64,000 nt of DNA, from positions 868,001-932,000 of the forward strand of contig CM082577.2 of the NCBI GenBank assembly GCA_040954595.2, in the 5' to 3' direction. Positions 12,172 to 24,826 of this stretch are shown in pieces. A program made the translations under genes and the position numbers. Source of the stretch: Balanoglossus misakiensis. Taxonomy: Eukaryota > Animalia > Hemichordata. The notes under the pieces are model-generated. The model made no database searches and was not told where the DNA came from. It saw nothing but the letters and a program-made list of their open reading frames with translations. The stretch's first letter is position 1; every line of letters starts with the position of its first letter.

Positions 12172-15100
12172 ATGGGTGAACAGCAGCAAACTACAGCGCG
12201 GGTTGCTCGGTGGTATTTCGGCGGATTGGGGTCTGCCGGGGCTGCTTGCTGTACCCATCCCCTTGATCTGTTGAAGGTATGAAATTTTGACTTTGAAATT
12301 GGCTTTGTGTTCTGGGAATTGTTAATTTGCTCGTTCATTGTAGGTCTGTCAACACAGTGAAAGTCGTCTAGCTTTCATCGTGTGTATACGTGTGACCTTC
12401 TGGAGGTCTTGTAGCGGTCACTGCACCGGTGTAAGCACGTTCTTTACGTGTACGCGTTATGCCGTATAACGTACCATGGTGTCAATTACTTCAAATAGTA
12501 GGTTAATTGTTTTAGTACGGACCATGACAAAAGTGAATTGCTAATTGAGCCCGATTGGTGGATTTTTATCTTTGTGGATGTGAGAAAAAGAAACGCTTGA
12601 CGCATTTATACGAGTTACACACATCAACCGGTTTCATTCATTCCTGGAAGTAAACCGGTACACGGTGTGATTAATTGCTATCTCATGAAAACAATCACAG
12701 TGTTCGAACAACTCTTGGGATTTCTAATACAACGCAAATTGAATTAGTAGCCACGTGGCTGATACAATAATTATGTATCTTGCTTAAATTGACGTGTTCT
12801 GTTAGACTATCATGACTATCATCGTGACTGACGAATGCTTGATTCCTGACTTCCACCGGCCTGTCCTCCACATGACCTTTTCAATCTATCAATCTACGAA
12901 ATATGTCAAGCATTTTCATTTTCGTCTGACACCATTACAACTTGTGTTACAATCTCCAAGGTCATTGCGACCTAAGTGAGAAGGTCACATCACATGCCTG
13001 TTCACGTTACTAACTGTTTACAGACCACAAACCTGGCAATTTTAAGGAAATGCTGTTTAGAAAACAACTGTTTTGAGTGGAAATACAGATTTGGTCGGTG
13101 TGGTTGTGTTCTGAATACTGGTGCACTGGTGTCATATTGCAGATCATAGATTTATGATGTATATGCCTTTCTGTGTTGGGAATATACAGTGTGTGGGGTC
13201 AATGAAATTTCTCCCAGCATCAGACTTAGCATCTAGATGTTTGTCAGTATTTTTATCAATTCAGATGCATTTTTATAATATGAGTACACCTGATGGAGTC
13301 TAAAAGCAATTGGCACTGTGCCAACTTCCATTAATGATGAATGTGTACGTGCGTAAGTGGGCTTTTCAAAAAGACTTGTGGGAGATTTCACTTCTACCAG
13401 TTTGAACTGCACTGAGAATGTTGTTGTTTTTCTGCTTGGCTTTTTTGTGTGATAAAATGATCTGCACTCTGTAACCCTTTCATCCCACCCCATTTCACAG
13501 TTCTGAGGTCCAAATCTGCTGTTGGACACAATAGAATCAGATCAAACTATGTCGGTGAAAGGGTTATACATGCCCCCCTCCGGTATTCTTGGACACAGTC
13601 TGTAACTATAGTGATGTCTGTATTCATACAAAAACTGTTTTTCTTCTTCAAAGGTACACCTCCAAACAGCGCAAAAGAAAGGTCGAACTAGTGTGGCCCG
13701 ATTGGCTGTTACTATTGTGAGAAATCAAGGTGTCAGAGCCCTCTATAATGGCATCAGCGCTTCAGTATGTCGACAGGTAAGATACAATAACAGGTCAGAG
13801 GTCACAGGTCAGAGTTCAAGGACCTACATTTCATTTCTTGAAAGGGGCAGCGTGACCATAAAAGACAGAACAGTAAACACACTCTTACACCAGATAGACA
13901 ATAACTTCAAATAAGCTTGGCTGGGATATTTGATGCATATTTATTCCACACATATCAGTGTGAGTGACCTATTATGACCCCATATATCAGCTGTTCTATG
14001 CTGTTGCTTTGTATACTGTCATTGTGTAGTATCATTTATTTGACATTTGACCTTTGAACTGTTAGGCAAAGTCTACATGTAGACTAGGACTACACTCCAA
14101 TCATTTGATTGACAGGCTTAATCAATAGGTCAACTCCAAATCAACCTACAGGTTGGTACTTTGACCTGGTGTGGTCTGTGATATCTTGTCCAGACCTAAT
14201 CATTGATATGTTGTACACACACTGCACTAGTTTTTTTAAGGCAGAGATTTCAACAGGTGTTCTACTATTCAGACACTAGGCCAAGTGTCAGCTGGTCTTT
14301 CAACAAAAAGCAGGTCAAATTGTCACAGTTATCAATTTCCTTGTTTGGACTGTCACTATATAAGCAGAAAGCCAGCAAAGAAAAAAGATGCAGACAGTTT
14401 CAAAGTGCATGTGGAAACATTTTAAAACATTTTTTCTTTTTTTCTCAAAATCCATATTGTTATGGACTCATTCAGTTTGAAATGACGTTCTGTATTCGAA
14501 CTGACAGGTCATACATGTTTTATTCCACAGTTGACATACTCAATGACAAGATTTGCTCTCTATGAAACTCTGAAGAAAGAATTATCTGGAGGCAATCCTA
14601 AAGCTGTCATCCCATTTTATCAAAAAGTTGCAATCGGTGCTATAGGAGGTATGGTGTAACATTAATATAAAATCAATTTTGTTGTTGCTTTGATTTTTGT
14701 AACAAGAATTGCCTTCTTTTGATACCTGGCTGTGCAAAGCTAATCTCACCATATCTTCTCTGTTGTTTTCTTTCCTCCCCAGGGGCATGTGGTGGATTTG
14801 TGGGCACACCAGCTGATATGGTGAATGTACGTATGCAGAATGATATCAAGTTGCCTGCCGAGAAACGTAGAAAGTGAGTTACATGAAGTTTATGTTCAGT
14901 TGCATATTTTGTGTGTTTCAATGAGTTTGTCATATAATAATAAAATTACCTGTTCATGATTTCATGTCTGTAGGGAGGGGGGGGGGGGGGTGGGGGGGGG
15001 GCTGGAATGACTGATAATAATTATTGCATTTGGTTTTCATTCACAGCTACAAACATGCTATTGATGGACTTTGGAGAGTGTACAGGGAAGGTAAGAAATC

Positions 15101-16402
15101 TTGTCTTAGAGAAATTTGGGAATTTTCACTTCACATGCACAAGGTAACTGATTATGCAATGTCGTCGTGGAAATGAGGTAACCAAGGGTATGTTTATGGA
15201 CAGAGGCTGAAATGGAAAATCTTCTTTGTTATGAAACCTGTATTCCATATGTACTCAGTGAATGTACATATATTGTCTTCTTTTCAGAGGGTTTCAGAAG
15301 ATTATTTTCAGGAGCTACCATGGCAACCGTCAGAGCAATACTCATGACCATTGGTCAGGTCAGTTCTCCCAGCATCCCATTTTAACTTCATTTTTTGGAA
15401 CATTTGTGAATTTTTCACTCCATTTCTGAAACTTTCCATTGTTAAATCCCGTTTCATGCTGTGATTTAAATTTGATAGTTACAATGTACTTTCTTTTGAT
15501 CATTTGCAGGTTGCATTTTATGACCAAGTTAAGCAAGTGTTGGTGTCCTTTGGAGTAGTCAAAGATAATATAATTGGTCATTTCGCAGCTAGTACTTGTT
15601 CTGTAAGTATTGGAGAGAGTGATTTTGAAGGATTTCAATCTCTCATCATGTGAATAATTAAAAGATAATATCTGCTGTTTTTGTTCTTCTGTTCAACGGT
15701 TAAAAATCAAACAATTGCAAGATGGATAATCCATGTGAATCAGATCTAAGGTCACACAACTTATTAAACCCTTTCACCACCATGGTTCAGTCCAAACCCA
15801 TTGTTTTCTATGGTTAGATTGGACCACTATAGAGGGAACTTGGGGTGAAAGGGTTAAAGTTGTCACCTTCTGGTGTTTAGTGGAACCTGTAGGTTCTAAC
15901 CTCTGCAGATTGGCTAAGCAAAAGGAATTATGGACAATTTTGTGGCTTTGTTTTTTCACAGGGAACAATAGCAACAGCAATGACGCAGCCATTTGATGTT
16001 TTGAAGACAAGAATGATGAGTGCAAAGCCTGGTGAATACAGGGTGAGTTTAAATTTATTAAATCAAAATATAAATCCAATCATATCAGTAGTGACATTTA
16101 CCAGTAGTGTGTTTACATATATTGCTTACAAAATAACTGTTGAACAATATTGGTAAATTTGACCATATTGTGGTAAAACTCACAAAAGACAAAATCCACT
16201 GATTTCCTGATGTCTCTCTTTTTTTTCGCACTTTCAGAGCATAGCTCATTGCGCATGGGAAACTGCAAAACTTGGACCTCTCGGTTTCTACAAAGGTTTT
16301 GTTCCTGCGTTTGTGAGATTGGCTCCACACACCATCCTGACATTCATATTCTTTGAACAACTTAGAATGAACTTTGGCTACGATGTGATTGTAAAGAAAT
16401 GA
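12172..16402 (+). CDS. SLC25A10: Mitochondrial dicarboxylate carrier. Exons 12172-12276, 13654-13776, 14531-14648, 14783-14873, 15047-15090, 15288-15358, 15510-15602, 15962-16042, 16238-16402
   Basis: RWYFGGLGSAGAACCTHPLDLLKVHLQT, GTPADMVNVRMQND and TQPFDVLKTRMM give three PxD/ExxK/R carrier motifs. The C-terminus is FYKGFVPAFVRLAPHTILTFIFFEQLR. The frame is continuous across all exons. Confidence 0.95.
13475..13563. mobile_element. Short MITE copy (CCCTTTCA...TGAAAGGG termini), SLC25A10 intron 1
   Basis: Terminal inverted repeats ccctttcatc / ggtgaaaggg with degenerate TTAA flanks. The interior matches the reverse complement of the copy at 37886-37969. Confidence 0.6.
15769..15853. mobile_element. 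Short MITE copy, SLC25A10 intron 7
   Basis: ccctttcacc...ggtgaaaggg followed by TTAA. The interior catggttcagtccaaaccca recurs inverted near 37421-37459. Confidence 0.65.
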
Positions 16403-17847
16403 GTGTAAAATGAACCGGGGAAAAATGGCGTGATAGTTTATAATCTAGGTTTCTGTACAAAGTAGTATTGTGAAATGAAAAAAGTGTGAACATGATATTT
16501 GTGTATATACAATGAAATTGTTTGGCATGATAATTTGCACGGCTATTTTCATTGTAAGCAAGATCACTATGTTTTTAAAAAGACAATCTTGAGTGATATT
16601 TTGTAGAGCAGCATCATGCTTTTTTCTCACATCAGTTTTTTTAAATCCAAAATACACTTAAAGGGTACATGTGACTGTCAACTTCAAATCAGAATCATGA
16701 TTATAAGAATACTCAAGCAATCAGAGTAAAGACTCATCAGGAGCATTACCATATAAGGAGATGATGAAATCAAAATTACTTTGTTTCGAGTTTACAGCCC
16801 CTTTGAAAACCTGGACCAGTTTTTCCTGAAATTGTCAGCTGGTCCAAAAATGTCAAGATGACTATTTCTTGTCAAGCAACTTGCTGTGTCTTTTGGCAGA
16901 TTTTAGCAAAATGTATACTACCTAGTTTATATTTATTCTTCTGATGGCTGAAATAAAAAGCTTACATCTGGTGACAGAAAACCCCCAACTTAGGGGGACT
17001 GCAGCTGTAACATTTTTTGACGTAACTTCAGTATTTTTGTGCATCGACTGTGGTTGTGTCTTTCTTTCCTGAATCATGTTGAAATTCCCCCAAGTATTGA
17101 ACTTGTATCAACTGCTTGTCTGTCTGTCTGTCTGTTGACAGTACATGTATTGATACTGTTGACAAAAAAAAACCTCGGTTGTCAACAAAAGTTCAGTATA
17201 TGTCAAAAATACAACATCCCTTCAACGAGCAGATCAGTTTTCTGATATTGTCACCCTGAAGCTTCTTTTTTAAAAGTATTAACTAGTCATTCATTTTTAC
17301 TGCTAGTATTTTACTTGCTGTATTACAACATGGATTTCATAAAATATAGTAATTTAACAAATAAATTGGAGAGAATATAACATTGACAGAATTGGGAGTG
17401 AAATCTTCAGTTGAAATTCTTTGTGTGTATGGGTTTGTTTTATGGTCGAAATCGGTGAAATCAAGGAACTTGTGAGTGAATCCCGAGTTATTTAGGCTCT
17501 TTCGACATAAAAACAAAAGAATTTGGTAAACTTGACGATAGAGCATCTGTTGGTTATTGTATGTAACCGTCCACATAATGTGTGTGTGGTGATATACAGA
17601 ACTATTTCATTGATCGTAGCAATATTTGAATGCTTTTTGATTAAATATGTTATTTTGATTTCAATTTCAAGTACGTCAGACATCTTGAACTGAATTGTGC
17701 AAAGCATTGTATATACAGAATGGTCTCATACTTAGAAACGGGGGGGGGGGGGGGGGGGGGGTTGTTGTACCTTGAACTGGCATGGCCGCTAAACTCAAGG
17801 GTCAGGCTAGGGTAACAGCGTCAATGCACGTATAGCAGTGACATGCC

Positions 17848-19641
17848 ATGGGTATGGATCTGGGGTGTGCTTCGTTTGTGAACACGCCATTCACTTCGGC
17901 AGTGATCGACACACTATTGGTGTTTTTCGCCACGGTTTTTGCAAGCCACCTGGTGAGGCGCTCAGCATCTGGAAGGGAACATCTGTTCACATCCGCCTGT
18001 GTTGTCATCGTTGCATTTGCGGCCATCAGTGGTTTCCACGTTGAGCCTGTTAGCCGGTCCATTTCGGACAAAGTTCTTGAACCCAACAGAGTGTTGGTGA
18101 TCGGGCATAGAGCGGCAGGTTATGACGCTCCTGAGAACACCATAGCGGCAATTCGGCAAGTGAGTAATTTGGCGGTCTCTGTTTTGAGCAAATGTGCATT
18201 TTTACGCCAGAATAGGCCTACACATGTAAAATGATTTCGACCAGAGTGAATTCGCCCTTTTGACTTCTGATCAACTCAAAACTATCCATGCAGGCTAAAG
18301 TGAATGGTGCCGATGCCGTTGAACTTGACATACGTTTTACCAAAGACGACATTCCAGTTATCATACATGATCCGTCAGTTGATCGCACAACAAATGGCCA
18401 CGGTCTTGTCAGCTCATTCACGTTTGAAGAAATACGGAAACTGAACGCTTCTTACAGACACCACTTGAGGTATGTAGCAAGGTATACATGACTATAAATT
18501 TTCATGTCTTTCTTTCTCTCTGTCATAAATTTAAATTAGGATCGGAAGCACCAAACTACAGGGTGCCTATTGGTTCAGTAACAACTCAGTCTTCAGTGTG
18601 TCACACTTATGTCACAGACTATTTCCCGACCATTTTGTTTCATCTAAATGCATATTTACCTGTAAGTTCTTGTTTATGATCTTATCAAGCAACGAATTCC
18701 CGGATGAACGCATTCCAACCTTAGAAGAAGTCACGGAAGAATGTCTCAAGCTTGGATTGAAGATATTCTATGACGCCAAAGCGACTGAAGGGGTAAGGGC
18801 CAAGAGATTTACTTTCTTTTGAAAATCAAAATGAACCAACAGAATCTCATGTTCGACATAAAAGCAATAAAAAGTAACCCACTTGATTTGATTGTTACAG
18901 GCAGCGACCACATTTATAGAACTCTTCGAAAAATATCCCGCATTACTTGAGAATGCGATGGTTTGTTCCTTCTTTCCGAATGTCATCTACGGGGTGAGTA
19001 AACACGTGATATAAGCTATGCGAAAAAGTACTGCTTCATGGAAACTGTTCTGGCAGAAATACTAGTAATAAGCTCAGGGCAACGTCCGTCTTCCAGTTTG
19101 GCACTGGGAAAAAGCGTTTCCTGGAGTACGTATAAATGAAAGAATAATACGTAATCTTCACCATGTTCCCAGATCCGCCTTGGCAATCCGAACATCGTCA
19201 CTGCCCTCATTCACGTGCCTGGGGGTTTGTCGTCGTTGTCTTCGGGGACGATACCATCCTTCTCCCTGCCAGAGTGGACGACGCGCTTAACCCATGTCCT
19301 TGATGTCGTAATCGCATGGGTAAATCGTTCCTGGATGTGGTATTTCTGTGGAAATTCAGCTCTGCTGCTCCACAACACAGAGATTTCTAGGTAATGTGAA
19401 GTTTTACGAAAGTTATTAGTACGCATGCCGTGCTTTCGTATACGTGGTATACATTTTACGTGATTAACAAATCGATATGTTTCTTTCTTTCAGAATCGAG
19501 AAGTTTTACTGGGAAGAGAGAGGGGTTCAGATAATCCCATGGACTGTAAATAATTTACGTGAGAAACATTTTTATGAAGAAATTTTGAAAGTTTCTTACA
19601 TTACCGACAGTCTGATAGGTGACTCTCCTGGCGAATGCTAA
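17848..19641 (+). CDS. GDE1: Glycerophosphodiester phosphodiesterase 1-like, copy A. Exons 17848-18159, 18294-18469, 18690-18792, 18901-18993, 19173-19389, 19494-19641
   Basis: Motifs GHRAAGYDAPENTIAAIRQA, VELDIRFTKDDIPVIIHD, RIPTLEE, VCSFFP, WYFCGNSA, WTVN and SYITDSL. There are N-terminal hydrophobic helices. AATAAA near 19732. Confidence 0.9.
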
Positions 19642-19890
19642 GTGCACACATAGACAATACAATAGATAGTAAGAAATTTGATTACGACGAACATTTTTCA
19701 CGCTTACACTGGACGATGATACAATAGTGGAAATAAAGGTTTTAAGAAAGAGCAGTTTTGAAATCGGCTTCAATTTTGTATTTGTAGGTACCTAATTTTG
19801 AGATAAACCCCTTTGAAATTTGTTTTTGGACGGGTTTTTAGTATTCGGTAACTTAGGGGGCCTTTACAACGTGACGACGAAAACGTGAAG

Positions 19891-22338
19891 ATGGCTGCCC
19901 CGTTGCCAACTCCGATCCACACTGCAACAGTATCTGCGACTATAGACCTTGCAATAGTGTTTTTCATAACTTTTGTGACCGCTAACGTGCTATTTCCTGC
20001 AACCACAAAACATCTGTTTACTGGCCTCGGAGCTGTGGTTGTGGTGTTTGCAGTGATCAGTGGCTTTCGCATTCCTCCCGTTGATCGCGCTATTTCTGAC
20101 AAAGTTCTTGAACCGAACAGAGTGTTGGTGATTGGTCACAGAGGAGGAGCATACGATGCCCCTGAGAACACGATAGAGGCAATTCGTGAAGTGAGTAAAT
20201 ACATGTACATAGCAGCTGTAGTATTAGACATGGGATGAGTGACTTCCGGGGTGGTGGGAGGAGTCGGTCTCCGGAAGTTGGTACAGCCGGGGTCGGTCGG
20301 TCACTTTCGATCATTGGATGATGAGGTGCCTGTCCCACCCCAACCACTATGCCACAAGAAATATTCCATAGTAAAAGGTGTTTGAAGGACGATAACAACT
20401 TGCACCTCTCATCATTATTCATTTAATAACTCATAATTTTAGATGTGGAAGCGTAGCTTTTTGACGTGATGAAGTAGACATGACAACGTAGAGGCCGCCC
20501 TCATCGTCGGGCCAGTCTCTCCCCAGTGCATACGATTTCACCGTGTCAGTGTTTTATACAAATAACACGTCTTCTATTCTCATGTAATAACTTCAGTTAT
20601 TCATCTGAATATTTGTATTGGCTGGGAACTATTTTAGTATAATGCGTACCAGCAAATAAAACACATAGCTGCCTTGGGGGGACTTTTGGCTTTTTATTGA
20701 AGTAATTCAACAGTCAGCAAATGTTTTCTCAGAGCTGCAGCATATTCATCAAATAATTTAATTTCTTAACTTCACTGAAGGCCAAAAGGAATGGTGCTGA
20801 TGGTGTTGAACTTGACCTTGAGTTTACCAAGGACGGCGTTCCAGTGCTTCTTCATGACTCAACCTTGGACCGTACCACTGATGGCAAGGGTCCAATCAAA
20901 TCTTTCACATTTGAAGAAGTGCAAAGATTCAATGCTTCCCATGGCCACAGGTTGAGGTAAGCATTCAACATAACCTAGTTTACAAATTACCGTATCGTAA
21001 TAATGCATCAATGGTCATATTCAATAACGCCTGATTTTTATTGCTTGTAGCTCCAGATTTCAAAGCACGCGTATTCCAACTTTAGAAGAGGCAACTCAAG
21101 AATGCCTGAGTCTAGGACTGAAGATTTTCTATGATGTCAAAGGAAATGCAAAGCAGGTACATATCTCTCTCTTTCTCTCCACATGCACACACAAACTAAC
21201 CAGGGCAATGCGGTATGTAGAGTAGACTAAACTTTGTGGGAGTCTTAATTTAATATTGACCTGTATATGCAGAAATTAATCAACTTCATGACATGAGATA
21301 TGCACATATTACTGCGGTGTGTATGCAAAATTGTCAAATAACATCTCTGTTGTTTCCTTGGCAGGCAGCAGAAGCTTTGGTAAAACTCTTCAATGATCAT
21401 CCAGCTTTGTATGAAAGTGCAGCTGTGTGTTCCTTCCATCCAGATGTTATCTACAGGGTGAGTTGATCAAGTAGCTACTTCAAGGAAGTGGTTTATTATT
21501 GGAATCCACTTTACCAGTGGATGATCTAACTGGTGCATGGCTACTGGGGTAGGGCCTTTCCTAGTAATAAGGCCTTTCTTTTCTTTTATCTGTTCCTTTA
21601 TGCCATTCTTCCTTTCCTCGGAATTTTCTCAAACCTGGCATGGTAATCCAGGATCATGGAATTGGTTCACCTATACAGGCTCTGACTTGTGTCACGACAT
21701 CAACAGCCTCGTTCTTGTATTTTGGAAAATACTGCACAAATTACACCATATACTGCAGCTGTTGAACTTTGGCTGTCAACATGAAGTTCTGCAAGGTTGC
21801 ATTGAAAGCATAATCCGATTTACATAACACACACAACAGGTCAGATTGGGTGATGCAAAGATAGTAACAGCTTTGACACATCGATCGGGTGACTGGGCTG
21901 TTGACATCACAGGAAAGCCTCGCGATCTGCCAGCATGGAAAGCTCCCGTGTTTCGTTTGGCGGACATCATTGTCCATTGGTCTCACCATTCCTGGCTGTG
22001 GTATTTTTGTGGCAATTCCGCGTATCTCCTCTGGAAGAATGAGATGTCACCGTAAGTTGAACTTGAACTTCCTCAACTTTATTCATTCTAGTGCTCACTT
22101 GACAACAACAACAACAAATGAACTTTGGTGCATTGACGTTTTGTGTCTTATTGTGTTTGCTCATCTTATTTTTTTTTTCCTTTACAGTCAAGTTAAACTA
22201 TTTTGGGAACATCGAGGAATTCAAGTTTTCACCTGGACTGTCAACGGAGCTCACGAGAAAACATTCCATGAAGAACATTTGAAGACAAGTTACATCACTG
22301 ACTGCCTGGTTGGTAGTTGTGATCAGAGTAAAGCCTGA
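19891..22338 (+). CDS. GDE1: Glycerophosphodiester phosphodiesterase 1-like, copy B. Exons 19891-20190, 20781-20956, 21051-21156, 21365-21457, 21840-22051, 22188-22338
   Basis: Motifs GHRGGAYDAPENT, VELDLEFTKDGVPVLLHD, FYDVKG, TALTHR, WLWYFCG, WTVN and SYITDCL. The six-exon layout and intron phases match copy A. Confidence 0.92.
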
Positions 22339-22533
22339 AACAGGCACTGAAATGTTGTTTAAAGAAACAAATTATTTTTGATTAACTTTGTTCTTGGTTG
22401 TATTGCACAGAAGTTTGATGTTTAAATGTGTTCCCATATTACATTTTCATTTTATGATTGTGTTAAAGAAATGTCCAAGAAATAGCTGTGCAATTGAAAA
22501 AGTGTAACAATGGCAGTGTAAGGGGTGACCGTG

Positions 22534-24411
22534 TCAGTAGTCGTCGCTTGGAGACTCCTTCAAGATCAACCTTTTGTCCGGCGAAGCAAGAAGAAATCTG
22601 AGAAATAACAGAAAATAATTCAGTTATTTCAATTCAGAAACATCAGAAATGTTTTAGAAAAACGGGTCAGTTGTAGTGAGAAATATGTGTCTCCTGTTCT
22701 TGCCCTGAAAAACGAAAGAATTGGACTAACCTGTAGATGAGGGCGGAAGTTACCGCGCCAGCTGGTGGACCAACCCAGTAAAGCCAATGGCTCGTCCAAT
22801 CACCGGACACCAAAGCAGGACCAAAGCTTCGTGCTGGATTCATGCAAGCCCCGGATGTTGTGGCACTGTGGCAACAAAAGTGTTCAATGATGTCTTAATT
22901 CTTCACTTTAGCTGTATTCTGTGATTTCTAATCACTCAAAAGTCACAAATGTGCCGGGAACATAATTCTCGTGATTTTGAGTTAATAATTTTTAAACGAA
23001 GAATGTAAGTAGCGGAGGGAGTGTGCAGATGCTTACCCAGCCAAAATACAACTGACAACAGTTAGTCCAATCACGAATGGCGCAAGAACGCTGGCTTTAC
23101 TTTCTACTGCAACCTGCAAGGCTGTTGACACGAGTATCGTTGTCAATATCCATTCGGAAGCGATAGCTTTTTCAATCAGTATATCCATGCCTGGTACGAT
23201 AACACCGCCATTGATGGAATCATATTGTTCAGGTGTCAATACAGCCTGCGTAACGCAAAATACGAGAGCAAATGAGTTATTGGGGGCTGGAGTTCGTGTT
23301 TGTGCAGCCCCCCCCCCCTTGCAAGTGCTGAGCACGTTTACATGTATTATGAATAGCCAATGGTCACCCATGTACGAGTGATGATGGGTGTCCTCGCAGT
23401 CCAACAGAAGATTCGTGACATTCGCGTTTTTAAGTTCATCATTCCTTATTGAAACATAACAAATTGGTATCAAACTATCTGATATGAAATCGTCTTCCCG
23501 TACCAAAATGAGAAGAGCGCCAAACGACGCACCAGTCAGCTGAGAAATCATAAAGAAGAAAGACAAAGCCAAATTTATTCCTCCAGAACATAAGACAGCC
23601 AGTGTTATCGCTGGATTTAAGTGACCGCCACTGAAAGAAAAAACAACATGTAAAATCAAGTCATGGGAAATAAATCCGACGAAAATTATAGGTACACTCA
23701 AGTGAGTGAGTTTTGATTAAATCCGATACCACCAGTAAATTCTACAAACTGGATATTTACCGGTCACGTGATGACCATCTCAGTTGTCTCGATTTTAAAG
23801 TAAGGGTACCTTCATTTCTCATGATGAGTATTTGTAAGATGAACGTGAGTGTTTTGTCATTTGACAGAGAATATGGAGCAAAAACAAACACGATCCAAAA
23901 TTTAACCGGTTCAAGATGAATTGAAATTCCTACTTAGTTATTTGTGCGTACTTTGCTATTTAGGTTTTTGATTTACTAATACCTGAAACGGTTTAGTATT
24001 GTAGAAATATATATTTCAATCACCTCTGTAAGGGTGATTTGTAATTTTATCGGACAAATACATTTTTATTTTTTTAGTATATTATGTCAAATACTAGTAT
24101 GTGTCCGTTTTTGGGGGTCACCATAGTCATTTTTACCAAAGAGGATAAACTCACCTTGGTTGTCCAACTCCCGCGATTATACACGCCACAATTAACCCCT
24201 CAGCCAGTGCAGAAACGAGTAAACTTGATGAAGGGTCGCTTCCTCCGACAAGTTTGCTCAATGATCCGATAAAAACAAGCATCGTCGTACCGAAGAATTC
24301 GGCAAAGATTGGCCGAATCCATGTCTGCATCACACTGAAGGCTGTCAGTTTTTCTCTCCATCCAGCGCTGTCTTCCTCAAACTCAAAAATATTGCGCGTT
24401 CGCTTCGACAT
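22534..24411 (-). CDS. AQP8: Aquaporin-8-like, copy A. Exons (minus) 24411-24155, 23630-23504, 23245-23037, 22865-22731, 22597-22534
   Basis: Motifs [28 protein letters not shown] and HWLYWVGPP give two NPA boxes. Introns are GT-AG and in frame. Confidence 0.9.
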
Positions 24412-24723
24412 CTTTACCGTCACTGAATGTACATCATTTATGCACACGTTGATATTAATATTTGGACCTCAGCAATCCCACCATGCATTGAAACAATCCC
24501 AGTGCGCATTGCAACGATGCCGTGCATCTATCCCACGCGCATTTCGGTGGATTTTTCAAACAGTAAAGGGCGCTGAGGCATACTCAGTAAATCATACACC
24601 AAAGTCTCAATATAATATTGTTCTATACCCATGCAACCAACTATCGATTTATCGATACGTAAATTGTTCTTGTCTGTGACTGGTGCGGTAGAAATCTGTG
24701 CTGTGTCGATGTCTGTTAGCCGC

Positions 24724-24826
24724 TAGACTGGAAAACCCGTCGCTCGAGGGCGCTCCTGTAAAGTTGGTGTGTGGGGGGGGGGGGGGGGGGGGCAGCGAGC
24801 GCCTCGGGCGTCGGGTTTCCTTATGC
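24724..24826. repeat. Imperfect ~28-bp inverted repeat enclosing a G20 tract (hairpin/MITE-like), upstream of AQP8 copy A
   Basis: ggaaaacccgtcgctcgagggcgctcctg pairs with cagcgagcgcctcgggcgtcgggtttcc. Confidence 0.7.

Noticed and set aside
16662-16802. Kolobok-like MITE (TTAA-AGG...CCT-TTGA)
   Set aside because: The terminal inverted repeats match too weakly and no clear second copy is present in the window.
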